This document shows positions 18,303-27,611 of a DNA stretch of 64,000 nucleotides, piece after piece. Each line of letters opens with the position of its first letter. The first letter of the stretch is position 1. The DNA is from Verrucomicrobiota bacterium (lineage in GTDB: Bacteria > Verrucomicrobiota > Verrucomicrobiia > Limisphaerales > UBA9464): assembly GCA_947454705.1 (NCBI GenBank), contig CANGKZ010000008.1, forward strand, positions 24,162 through 88,161, given 5' to 3'. The notes beneath the pieces were generated by a model. That model did no database searches. It had not been told where the DNA came from and saw nothing but the letters and a program-made list of their open reading frames with translations. The position numbers and the translations under genes are program-made.

Positions 18303-18764
18303 TCAAAGGCTTTTCGGAGAAATCTTATCAAAAAGTTTCGAGAGGCTCAGTTGCTCCAGAATTTCGCGGTCCGCGGCCGGAAACTCATGGGCTCCAAGGG
18401 AGTCGCGATCGACCCACGTCAGCTCGGAACATCCGATCGCTTGCGGAATTCCGCTCACGAGACGGCAGACAAAAAAGCGCAGATGAACGGTTTTCTCGGG
18501 GTAGGCATGGGTTACCTCGCAAAACAGCGGACCGACTTCCACCTCAATGGCCAGCTCCTCGCGCAATTCGCGCTGCAATCCCGCTTCCCAAGATTCACCG
18601 GCCTCCAGCTTGCCACCGGGAAACTCCCAGAGACCGGCAAGGTGCGTTCCTTCAGGCCGGCGGGTGATGAGCAGTCGGTGTTCGTGAAAAACCAGCGCTG
18701 CGGCGACCGGGATCGCGGGGCGGGGTGCGGCAGGAGTTGAGGAGGGGGGCCGATGTGCGCTCAT
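18303..18764 (-). CDS. mutT: NUDIX hydrolase, MutT-like (deoxy)nucleoside triphosphate pyrophosphohydrolase
   Basis: Nudix box GLWEFPGGKLEAGESWEAGLQRELREELAIEV. Confidence 0.85.
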   Translation of the reverse strand: MSAHRPPSSTPAAPRPAIPVAAALVFHEHRLLITRRPEGTHLAGLWEFPGGKLEAGESWEAGLQRELREELAIEVEVGPLFCEVTHAYPEKTVHLRFFVCRLVSGIPQAIGCSELTWVDRDSLGAHEFPAADREILEQLSLSKLFDKISPKSL

Positions 18765-18849
18765 GCTGGGATTCCCTTGAAGCTCAAAAACGAAAAAGCG
18801 GGCCGCGGGATTCGGATCGAACCCGGGCCCGCTTGGATCGGCGGTGGAG

Positions 18850-20148
18850 TTATCGGCCCACGCTCTGATAGATGAAGCCGAGGCGTTTCATTTCGATCGG
18901 GTCGAAGAGATTCCGTCCATCGAAGAAAATCGGGGTCGTCATCGTTTTGCGGGCCCGTTCGAGGTCGAGCTCGGTGAACTGCGGCCATTCGGTCGCAATT
19001 ACGAGGGCGTCACACCCATCGGCGACGGCGTTCATGTCGTCCACGTAGGTGGTCGAAGCATCCTCGGGAAGCAGGCCCCGCGCCTTGTCCATGCCTTGGG
19101 GATCATACACACGCAACCGTGCGCCCTCCTTGATCAGGCGTTTGCAAAGATCGATCGCGGGGGAGGATCGGACGTCATCGGTGTTCTGCTTGAAGGCGAG
19201 TCCGAGCACCGCGATTTTCTTGTCCTTCAGCACCCAGAGCGTGTCCTGGATCTTCTTCACGAAGCGGACCATTTGATCCGCATTGATCTGCTGCACTTCG
19301 CGCAGGAGTCGGAAATCGTATCCGAGCTGTGCGGAAATGCTGATGAAGGCCGAAAGATCCTTGGGGAAGCACGATCCACCGAATCCGAGCCCGGCCTGGA
19401 GGAATCGGGGGCCAATGCGGGAGTCGAGTCCCATGCCGCGGGTGACTTCCTGGACGTTGGCGCCGGCGGCTTCGCAGATGACGGCAAGCGCGTTGGCGTA
19501 GGAAATCTTGAGCGCGAGGAACGAGTTGGCCGCGTGCTTGATGAGTTCGGCGGAGTTGGTGTCGGTGACGATGATCGGCGCTCCGAACGGGGCGTAGATC
19601 TCCTTCATGGCCGCGACCGGACGTTGACTGCTGACGCCCACGACCACGCGGTCGGGCTTCATGAGGTCATCGACGGCGAAGCCTTCGCGGAGGAATTCCG
19701 GATTGCTGACCACATCGAAGGCAATGCCGCTGCGGCAGTATCGTTTGATGGTTTCGGCAACCTTTTCGCCGGTTTTGACCGGGACCGTGCTCTTGTCGAC
19801 GATGATCCGATAGCTCTCGAGCGACGCAGCGATCTCGCGGGCGACGCCTTCGATGAAGCTCATATCCACACTGCCGTCGGGCTGCGGCGGAGTGGGGACG
19901 GCGATAAAGATCACCTGCGAGCGGGCGATGCCTTCGGCGGTGGATTGGGTGAACGACAGCCGACCCGCTTGAACGTTCTTCTTTACCAATTCTTCGAGGC
20001 CCGGCTCGTAGATGGGAATTCCGCCAGCTTGCAGGAGGGCAACCTTGTTGGCGTCGGAGTCGACACAAACCACGGTGTGGCCGACTTCTGCGAAACACGC
20101 TCCGGTCACGAGGCCCACGTAGCCTGTCCCGATGATGGCAATGGTCAT
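18850..20148 (-). CDS. ugd: UDP-glucose 6-dehydrogenase
   Basis: MTIAIIGTGYVGLVTGACFAEVGHTVVCVD Rossmann start at ATG 20148, plus GFGGSCFPKD catalytic Cys region. Confidence 0.93.
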   Translation of the reverse strand: MTIAIIGTGYVGLVTGACFAEVGHTVVCVDSDANKVALLQAGGIPIYEPGLEELVKKNVQAGRLSFTQSTAEGIARSQVIFIAVPTPPQPDGSVDMSFIEGVAREIAASLESYRIIVDKSTVPVKTGEKVAETIKRYCRSGIAFDVVSNPEFLREGFAVDDLMKPDRVVVGVSSQRPVAAMKEIYAPFGAPIIVTDTNSAELIKHAANSFLALKISYANALAVICEAAGANVQEVTRGMGLDSRIGPRFLQAGLGFGGSCFPKDLSAFISISAQLGYDFRLLREVQQINADQMVRFVKKIQDTLWVLKDKKIAVLGLAFKQNTDDVRSSPAIDLCKRLIKEGARLRVYDPQGMDKARGLLPEDASTTYVDDMNAVADGCDALVIATEWPQFTELDLERARKTMTTPIFFDGRNLFDPIEMKRLGFIYQSVGR

Positions 20149-20243
20149 GGCAAAATAACGAACGCTACTCTGAAAACCAAAGGAACGACAGGGCACGGTC
20201 CAGCGACCGAAGATGCCCCGAAAACTCTTTCAGGGCCCGGTGC

Positions 20244-20993
20244 TTACTTGGCGGGAGTCGCGGCCTTCACCGAGTTGGTTGACGAAGATTTGTCCAGCTC
20301 CGGATGCTTCTGGAGAATGCGGGCGCGAGCCTGGAAAGCGGACTGCGTGGCGGTGCCGCCGGACGGGTCGCGAATGATTTCGTCGTAGAGCCCGAGCGCC
20401 TGCTCGAACTGTCCAGCCGCTTCGTGGAGGCGGGCCTTGGCTGTGCGGGCACGGAGGGCGTTGGCATCCGTGGGGAAGCTGGCGATCACGCGCTGGTAGG
20501 CGGCCACGGCGTCCTGGGTCTTGCCTTCAGCACTGAGGCATCCGGCAACTCCGAGCAGTGCGGTCGGAACCGTCGGGCTGTTGGGGAAGTCGGACACGAT
20601 GCGGTCAAACAGCGCACGCGATTCGGCAAACTTGCCCTCGGTGAACAGCTGGGATGCGGCAAGCAGGTTGGCGCGTTCCGCGGCGCGGGTGCCGGAGTGC
20701 GCCCGGGCCACTTCAAGGTATGCGGCACTGGTGGCAGGAGCGGTGCCGCCGGAAACGGCGATCAGCGCTTTGTTCGCCTCCGCTTCAGCGGCGTCCTTGC
20801 GATAACGAAGGAACATGGACGCCACCACCGCGACGATCACGATCGTCAGCAGAAGGGACAGCATCTTCTTGTTCACCTCAAACCACGTCAGAAAATCGAA
20901 CTCCGGACCTTGGGGTTCAGCGGTTTCAGGGGCCACGGCAGGGCTGGGCAGACTCATAATTTTGGAGGCCGGATCTTTCGGCGTGGTCGCCAA
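20244..20993 (-). CDS. Membrane-anchored tetratricopeptide-repeat protein
   Basis: One TM (MLSLLLTIVIVAVVASMFL) followed by Ala-rich TPR-like helices (YfgM/YbgF-like appearance). Confidence 0.7.
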   Translation of the reverse strand: MATTPKDPASKIMSLPSPAVAPETAEPQGPEFDFLTWFEVNKKMLSLLLTIVIVAVVASMFLRYRKDAAEAEANKALIAVSGGTAPATSAAYLEVARAHSGTRAAERANLLAASQLFTEGKFAESRALFDRIVSDFPNSPTVPTALLGVAGCLSAEGKTQDAVAAYQRVIASFPTDANALRARTAKARLHEAAGQFEQALGLYDEIIRDPSGGTATQSAFQARARILQKHPELDKSSSTNSVKAATPAK

Positions 20994-21109
20994 AAAACAA
21001 GCCTCATTTCAACGGCGGATGCGGATTCTGAGGGCTCGACCCGTGGTTTTCCCCGTCCTTTTCAGAATTCAGTCGGGGAAAACCGGGCAGCCCGGGAGAG
21101 CGAATCGGG

Positions 21110-24100
21110 TCACTTGGCCCGGATCCGGAAGAAACGAATCCGGTCCGAAGAGGAGGGCAGGGTGACCTGCGCGTCCGTGTCGGTTCCATTGCCGCTGGCA
21201 TTGCCGACCTCCTGCCAGATCCCGTCCACGGTGGCCGAGGCTTCAACCGCATGGGCGCGACCCTTTTCGCCGCGGAAAACAATCTTGAACCCTCCTGCGC
21301 TGGCAACCAGCGATGCCACCGGGGGAACGGTGGGTTTGGTGAGGATGTTGATGTTCAAGGTCGCTTGGGCGGCCTGATAAACCGCATTCCCGGCTTGGGA
21401 CGCGGTGACGACCACGGCTCCGGCAGATTTCGGAGTGAGTTGATCCCCGGAGATCACGGCAAGGGCGTTGTTCACCGAGAACGTGACCGGAAGTCCCGAG
21501 CTGGCCGTGGCCGTGAGCTTCACCGAAGGATCGCCCTCGGTCAGCGAGACGATCGGTAAGAACGAAATCGTCTGGGTGGCCTTGGTGACCACGAACGAAC
21601 GGCTGACCGCGGTCGCGGACTCGTAGTTGGAGTCGCCCGACTGGGTGGCGTTGACGGTCACCGTTCCAACCCCGGTGTTAAGCAGGATCAGATTCGATCC
21701 CTGAACCTGGGCGGCACCGGCGGTGACGCTGAAGCTGACCGGCAGTTTGGCCGACGAGCTGGCCACCAGCGGGATGGCGTTGGTTTTCCAGGCCGTGTCG
21801 GCAAGCGCAGCAAACGTGAGAGTCTGCTTCGCCTTTGCGACCGTGAACTCGCGGGTCTCGGAGATCGCTTCATACAACGCGCTACCCGCCTGCGTTGCTT
21901 TCAGGTTGGCAACGCCGGCCGAGGTAATCGTGACGGTCGTTCCCGACACGGTGAGTGCGGTGCCGAGAGGGGTGGTGGCAAGGGTTACCGGCAAACCGGA
22001 GGACGAGGTCACCTTGAGTTGTACCGGCGCTCCGCCGTAGGTGAGCGCAGGGACAGCGGGCCAGGTGAGTTTCTGCAACGCCTTCTTCACGGTCAGCGTG
22101 AAGGTTGCATCGGCGGGTTGGAATTCCGCCGAACCAGCCTGGGTCGCAGTGAGAACCACGGTGCCCACACCCGTGGCGGTCAGGGTATTTCCGGTCAGCG
22201 TGGCGGGCCCCGAAGAGAGCTTCAGCAGCACGGGAAGACCGCTGCTCGCCGAGGGATTCAGAACCGCAGTGTCCCCATAACTCAGGGTGGGAAGGGTACC
22301 CGGATTGATGGTTTGGGGCACAAGAACGCCCAGGACGGTTCCAGCATTGGTCACACTTCCGGCCGCATTGGAGACCACCACCCGATAGAGCCCACGGCTC
22401 GCGGCGGTCAGCTGGGTGAGATTCAACGTGGGGCTGGCAGTGCCCGTGACGGTCGCTGAATCCTTCAAGGGCAGGGAATCCTTTTGCCATTGGAACGAGA
22501 GGCCGGTCCCGGTGGCTACCACGGTGAGCGAGGTGCTGGCGCCCTGATTCTTCACCACAGAGGCTGGAGGCTGACTGGTGATCGCAGGCGGGACCAGGCC
22601 GCTGGAAATGGAGAAGCTCTTGAAGAGGTTCAATGCAACCGGAGGCGTGATGTCTCCACCAAGAGGGCCGACAACCACATCCTGGACCCCTTTCCGCGTG
22701 GCAGCGTCAAAGGTGGCCCCACTCGAAAGATCCCACGCCCGGAAGGTCAGCGTCACCGTATCGTTCAGCGCAGTCCCCGGCACCGCCACGGTTCCGAGGA
22801 TGAACACGCCGTCCTGGATCAACACTCCGCTCTTGATCACGCTGCCCTTGTACACGATGTCAATGGCACCGATCGACGCCGCAAGGGGTGCGCCCTGGGC
22901 ATTGAGGATGTACCGGCGCTCGGTTCCGATCAGATTCTTGGCGGAGAAGGTTCCGCCCACCACTGGAGGAATTCCCGTCAGTTGGAACGATGCAAAATTG
23001 TTCATCGCCACCGGAGGCGTGATGCTGCCGCCGAGAGGACCGACCTGAATCGTGACACTTCCGCGGGTCGAGGCGGTGTCGTAGGAATTCCCGGTCGATT
23101 TATCCCAAGCCCGGACGGTAACCGGCGCGGTGGATCCCTCCGCAAACCCGGGGACCGTCACAGCCCCAAGCACGAACACGCCATCCTCGACCAGTCCACC
23201 GGATGCGATGACGGCATTGTTCACCAGGAGTTCCACTGCGCCCACGGCGGTCGCCAGAGGTTTTCCGCTCGGATCCAGGATCGAGCGCTTTTCCGTCCCG
23301 ATGAGGTTTTTGGCCGAGAAGGTTCCCGGACTGGTCGAACTCGAGCCCTGCAGCTGCAGAGGCTGAAAATTACTGAGCGGAACGGGAGGAATCAGGTTTC
23401 CGCCCAGCGGTCCAACTTGGAGCGTCTCACTTCCGCGAACCGTAGCCGTGTCGTAGGTGGATCCGGTGGTCTTGTCCCAAGCTCGAACCGTGATCGTGGC
23501 TATGTTTCCCACCGTGGTGCCGGGAACCGAGGCCACCCCGAGCGCGAACACACCGTCTTCCACCAACCACCCCGACAGGAACACCGTGCCTCCGACCAGA
23601 AACTCCACGGCACCGGATGCCGCGGGCAAGGGGGTCCCATTCGGGGCGAGAATTGGCACGGCCTTTCCATCGATGAGATTTTTCGCGGAGAACACGCCCT
23701 GGGTTGCAGTGTTCACGGCCGCCAGCTGGAAACTCGCGAAATTGGTCATTTCGATCGGGGGAACCGTCCCACCTCCAAGAGGGCCCACCTGAACCGACTG
23801 GGCTCCCCGGACTCCCGCCGTATCGTAAGTTGCACCCGTGGATGTGTCCCAAGCCCTGACGGTCACCGTGGTAAAATCTCCGGGAGCGGTGCCGTCCACA
23901 TTGATGACTCCGAACAAAAAAGTTCCATCCAAGGTGAGCGAGCCGGACGCAAGGACAGTCCCGTTTCTCACGATCTCGACCCGGCCCACCGCGACCTTCA
24001 GAGCTGCGCCGTCTTTGTTGAGGATGAGGCGTTTGGCTCCGCCGATGATATTCTTGGCGGAGAAGGTGCCCGGGAACGACTGAGCCATGGCAGATGGACT

Positions 24101-24235
24101 CGCTCCCATCAGCATCCACATCAACAGCCCGATCCACGCAGCAGACCACCGCAATCCAAACCGCCCCACTCCAGGTTCGACAAAACGTCTGAAGCCATTG
24201 GGAAAGCCCGGAAAAGCGAAGTTATTTTGATTCAT
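21110..24235 (-). CDS. Large secreted repeat protein (4 x 124-aa novel repeats, Ig I-set-like domain, about 5 Ig-like ~80-aa repeats, C-terminal ...RIRFFRIRAK)
   Basis: Start taken at ATG 24235 (MNQNNFAF...WIGLLMWMLMGASPSAMAQ, a signal-like sequence). The segment PPAITSQPPASVVKNQGASTSLTVVATGTGLSFQWQKDSLPL looks like an I-set Ig domain. Repeats of the form Q.L.F...YG..P..L.A..SSGLPV... follow. Confidence 0.8.
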   Translation of the reverse strand: MNQNNFAFPGFPNGFRRFVEPGVGRFGLRWSAAWIGLLMWMLMGASPSAMAQSFPGTFSAKNIIGGAKRLILNKDGAALKVAVGRVEIVRNGTVLASGSLTLDGTFLFGVINVDGTAPGDFTTVTVRAWDTSTGATYDTAGVRGAQSVQVGPLGGGTVPPIEMTNFASFQLAAVNTATQGVFSAKNLIDGKAVPILAPNGTPLPAASGAVEFLVGGTVFLSGWLVEDGVFALGVASVPGTTVGNIATITVRAWDKTTGSTYDTATVRGSETLQVGPLGGNLIPPVPLSNFQPLQLQGSSSTSPGTFSAKNLIGTEKRSILDPSGKPLATAVGAVELLVNNAVIASGGLVEDGVFVLGAVTVPGFAEGSTAPVTVRAWDKSTGNSYDTASTRGSVTIQVGPLGGSITPPVAMNNFASFQLTGIPPVVGGTFSAKNLIGTERRYILNAQGAPLAASIGAIDIVYKGSVIKSGVLIQDGVFILGTVAVPGTALNDTVTLTFRAWDLSSGATFDAATRKGVQDVVVGPLGGDITPPVALNLFKSFSISSGLVPPAITSQPPASVVKNQGASTSLTVVATGTGLSFQWQKDSLPLKDSATVTGTASPTLNLTQLTAASRGLYRVVVSNAAGSVTNAGTVLGVLVPQTINPGTLPTLSYGDTAVLNPSASSGLPVLLKLSSGPATLTGNTLTATGVGTVVLTATQAGSAEFQPADATFTLTVKKALQKLTWPAVPALTYGGAPVQLKVTSSSGLPVTLATTPLGTALTVSGTTVTITSAGVANLKATQAGSALYEAISETREFTVAKAKQTLTFAALADTAWKTNAIPLVASSSAKLPVSFSVTAGAAQVQGSNLILLNTGVGTVTVNATQSGDSNYESATAVSRSFVVTKATQTISFLPIVSLTEGDPSVKLTATASSGLPVTFSVNNALAVISGDQLTPKSAGAVVVTASQAGNAVYQAAQATLNINILTKPTVPPVASLVASAGGFKIVFRGEKGRAHAVEASATVDGIWQEVGNASGNGTDTDAQVTLPSSSDRIRFFRIRAK
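22589..24076 (-). repeat. Four tandem in-frame copies of a 124-aa (372-nt) module inside the 21110..24235 CDS
   Basis: The G[TV]FSAKN motif recurs at track residues 83, 207, 331 and 455, an exact 124-aa period. Each unit ends ...VRAWD.STG..YD.A..RG...VQVGPLGG...PP....F.SFQL. Confidence 0.8.
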
Positions 24236-24443
24236 CAGCCTGTGGTCGTGAATGGTGGACTCCCTAGGTGAAAGCGACGGTTGAGACGCCATCCTCATCG
24301 GGTACAACCCCCACAAGCAGGAGGGGGGCCATTCTTTTTTTTGGGAAATGCAGTGGGAAGCCTAGCAACGAAGGAACGGGTGCCGCTTGTGGATCGCAAG
24401 CCACTTCCATCATACGGGCTCGGCGGTCCCCAAAAAAAACGGT

Positions 24444-26225
24444 TCACCGGGCGATGGAGGTGGTCGGCAGCCAGGGAAGAATCAGTTCAACCTCGGAGGG
24501 GCTAAGCCGGGTCACATCCAGTTCGCGCGCCAGCTCCCGGGCGCGGGTCCGTTGGAAGCCGCGTCCGAGGGCGGCAACCTGAACCACCCGCCAAACCGGA
24601 GGGGCGTTGCTCCAAACGATGTTTGTGCGACTGACCCAATCGACCGCCGCTTCCGGAGATCCAAAACGCAGGGCCGCAAGTGCAGATGCGATACAAAAAC
24701 TCGGTTCACTTTGCGAACTTGGTTCCAACTCCTTGAGCGTGGCTCGGGCCTGGTCGATTTCCTGTTCCTCCATGAGCTGGGAAAGTGCGAGTTGGATGCG
24801 GAATCGTGGCTCCTGCGGATACAACTGGATCACCCGTTTCAAAGCCACGATGGTTGCCGGAAGGTCGTTCCAAATCGCCCCCAGGCGCAGCAATTCGCGG
24901 GCGGCTTGCGAGGTCTTGAGCGGATCGCGCAGCAGCTGCTCCCAAGCGGCAATGGCGGTTTCAGGGGAGCCCCAGGCCTCCGCCCTCACGGCCAACAGCT
25001 CCAAGAATCGCGAATTCCCGGAACCTGCCCCCATGGCCAGTTGCCACAGGCGCGGTGCCTCCTTCTGCAATCCGGCCGACTGGGCGACCCCCGCCTTGAA
25101 GAGCGCACGAAGGGGAATTGAAATGGGAAGATCCGGAGTCGAAAGCAGCTGCTCCATTTCCTCCCACTGACCGGTTCCAGCCAGAGCCCCAAGACGGAGC
25201 AGGGCGAGCGAACGGTCGCGATCCGCTCCAACCTTGGGCACCAATTCCAAAACCGCCGGATACATTCCCAATTCTCCCAGCAGCTGAGCCGCCTCGACAA
25301 TCACCTCATGAGTTCGAGGACTCGGCATGAATTCCTCCAAAACCGGGCGGATCGGCTGGGGATTTTTTCTCAACTCCACCGCCAAGCGGATCAATTGCTC
25401 CCCCACGGAATTGGTGCTGTGGTTCGACTTATCGAGAAGACTAGTGAGCAATCGATCCTCAGACGGACTGAGCTTCCCTTCGAGCAACAGCTGACGAGCG
25501 ATCGGACTCCGATCCTCCTTGATATGGCTGATCAGCGCGAAAAGTCGGCGCTTGCCACTCGTTCGGACCGCCTCGGTCCTGCCCCTCAGCTCGAACTGGC
25601 CGAGGCGAAATTCGTAGGCCTGATTGCCCGGATCACGGGTTAGAGCGTCCTGCATGGCGCTGACTGCCTGATCCATGTCCCCCGAAAGAAAAAAGGTCTC
25701 GGCAACCAGGGAGAGAATCTCGGCGTCCTTCGGATCTGCCACATGCAACGGCTTCAACACCCGCCGGGCAATGTCGGTCCGCAGGCAGTCGAGCGCGAGC
25801 CGGGTGAAGGCCAGCTTGTCGGCCCGGCTCGCCTTTCCGGTGTCATCCCACCGCCTCCAACAGATCAACCCCTGCGGATTCTTGAAGTGGGAGTGAAACA
25901 GCGCTTGGGCGCGCAGCAGGGCGAGGCAGTCCCGGGAAAGTCCCGACGCCTGCTCCAGCTCGTTGGCGGCCGCATTGTAGTCGCCCCGGTTCATCCAGAC
26001 CTCGGCCGTCGCCGCGAGTTTTTCCGCGCGCCAGTAGTCGATCTTGGGCCGCACCCATCGGTAGGTGAGGAAACTCGGATACCCGATGAGAAGAATCAGA
26101 AGGTGCGCCAGGAAAACGTGAAAGAGCCACCCCTTGTCCTCCCGGTTGGCCTGCGACTCCTCACCCATGCCCTCCGGAAACACCAAGGAGTAATTCCCCT
26201 TGGGTTCACGGTCGGGTGTTTTCAT
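24444..26225 (-). CDS. Membrane-anchored TPR/helical-repeat protein (593 aa)
   Basis: One TM (WLFHVFLAHLLILLIGYPSFL) followed by long TPR-like helical repeats (RGDYNAAANELEQA etc.). No catalytic motif was recognised. Confidence 0.7.
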   Translation of the reverse strand: MKTPDREPKGNYSLVFPEGMGEESQANREDKGWLFHVFLAHLLILLIGYPSFLTYRWVRPKIDYWRAEKLAATAEVWMNRGDYNAAANELEQASGLSRDCLALLRAQALFHSHFKNPQGLICWRRWDDTGKASRADKLAFTRLALDCLRTDIARRVLKPLHVADPKDAEILSLVAETFFLSGDMDQAVSAMQDALTRDPGNQAYEFRLGQFELRGRTEAVRTSGKRRLFALISHIKEDRSPIARQLLLEGKLSPSEDRLLTSLLDKSNHSTNSVGEQLIRLAVELRKNPQPIRPVLEEFMPSPRTHEVIVEAAQLLGELGMYPAVLELVPKVGADRDRSLALLRLGALAGTGQWEEMEQLLSTPDLPISIPLRALFKAGVAQSAGLQKEAPRLWQLAMGAGSGNSRFLELLAVRAEAWGSPETAIAAWEQLLRDPLKTSQAARELLRLGAIWNDLPATIVALKRVIQLYPQEPRFRIQLALSQLMEEQEIDQARATLKELEPSSQSEPSFCIASALAALRFGSPEAAVDWVSRTNIVWSNAPPVWRVVQVAALGRGFQRTRARELARELDVTRLSPSEVELILPWLPTTSIAR

Positions 26226-26486
26226 TCAGGAGAATCCTAGTTGGAAACCAATCCAAATCCAAGACGTCGCTTGGGCACGATCCGAGAAAACTGAAAAATC
26301 CTATTCTCGCCCGCCTGAGCCGGAGCCGGGAATCTCCTTAAGGATGTAACCTTGTGCGAAACAAGGCGTTAAGAAATTTGGACAGAGAATATTTGCCTAG
26401 GAATCCCAAAATCTGGTACTAGGGAGCCGTCAGTTTTATTCGTAAATAGCTCAATTCAAACCAGCAAGTCGCCGATTGACTCACTA

Positions 26487-27530
26487 ATGGGCTACGCCCG
26501 ACCGGCATTTATCAGATCTGCAAACACTGAAGTGGTTCCTAGGGAATACTTTGGCCGTGCCACCCCCTGCGTTGGGTTCCGAGCGGCTCACGGCGGTTCG
26601 AAGCTGGTTTCTTCCCGATCGCTTCTCGGGGTGGCAGTCCTCATGGCCCTAGGGGTCACGGCAATGCCGGAAGTTGCCGTCGGGCAGACGCTTTACGACC
26701 TGACCCAAACCGGATCCCTCTTGGTGGATCAAACCTACTTCTTTGCAGGCACCCCGTCTGCGGTGGCTGGCAGTGGTTCGTTTGGGCCGATGGTCCGCCT
26801 TCAAAACAACGGATCCGAGCAGGGCTACAATTCCGGTGGATCTCCGGTGATGGCGGACGTTAAAAACGGCATCAATTTTCACTTCGCTAATTTCCGGGTT
26901 CCCGCGAATCCCGGCGGAACGGTGAATGGAGTGGCCTACTACTCCTTCGCCCTCGACATCAACGAGGGCAGTGGCGGCGATAACCCTTACGTATCGCTCG
27001 ACAAGCTTCAGTTCTACGTTCGTTCGACTGATTTCAGCGGCACTGGCGGTGACACGCCGAACTCGCTCGCCAATTTGTCGAGCACTGCGACCAAGGTGTA
27101 CGACCTCGATGCGAGTGGAGACAAATCACTGCTTTTCGACGGATCCCTCGTTGGCGGTGGGAGCAGCTCGGTCGATGTGGTCATGCTGATCCCTCAATCC
27201 GTATTCGCTCCGTACGCCAGCAGCGCGAACAATGTCTTCATGTACTTCCAGATGGGCGCGCTCGGAACCTCCGGCGGCCGCAGTTGGAGTTCCGATGGCG
27301 GCTTCGAGGAATGGAACGCGGTCAGTGGTCTTACCTTCACGATTCCCCAGCCGGTTCCTGAACCAGGAACTGTGGGAGCTGCGGCAGCGGTGATCGCGGT
27401 CTCCGGCTGGAGCTGGTACTCGCGCAAGAGCAAGCGCAAGACGGGATGCGCGAGCCCGAATCCATCGACAACGGAGAACGAGGTCGGCGCTCCGGCTTCT
27501 GAATCGCTGATTGAGTCGACTCAGGCGTAA
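26487..27530 (+). CDS. PEP-CTERM sorting-domain protein
   Basis: The C-terminal region is VPEPGTVGAAAAVIAVSGWSWYSRKSKRK (PEP motif, TM, basic cluster). It is followed by a further 27 residues. The sequence has a signal-like LLGVAVLMALGVTAMPEVAVGQ. The exact start is uncertain. Confidence 0.75.
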   Translation: MGYARPAFIRSANTEVVPREYFGRATPCVGFRAAHGGSKLVSSRSLLGVAVLMALGVTAMPEVAVGQTLYDLTQTGSLLVDQTYFFAGTPSAVAGSGSFGPMVRLQNNGSEQGYNSGGSPVMADVKNGINFHFANFRVPANPGGTVNGVAYYSFALDINEGSGGDNPYVSLDKLQFYVRSTDFSGTGGDTPNSLANLSSTATKVYDLDASGDKSLLFDGSLVGGGSSSVDVVMLIPQSVFAPYASSANNVFMYFQMGALGTSGGRSWSSDGGFEEWNAVSGLTFTIPQPVPEPGTVGAAAAVIAVSGWSWYSRKSKRKTGCASPNPSTTENEVGAPASESLIESTQA

Positions 27531-27611
27531 CCGCTTCAGGTCGCCTTTGTCTTTGACGGCGTCCCTCGGACCGCCCTTCCTAGTCATTCCGGTGTTCCGC
27601 CGGTCGATGCC

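Noticed and set aside
26376-26400. Sigma-54-like TTGGACA...TTTGCC upstream of the first PEP-CTERM gene
   Set aside because: The GG-to-GC spacing is about 3 bp longer than the strict TGGCAC-N5-TTGC geometry, so it is unlikely to be functional.
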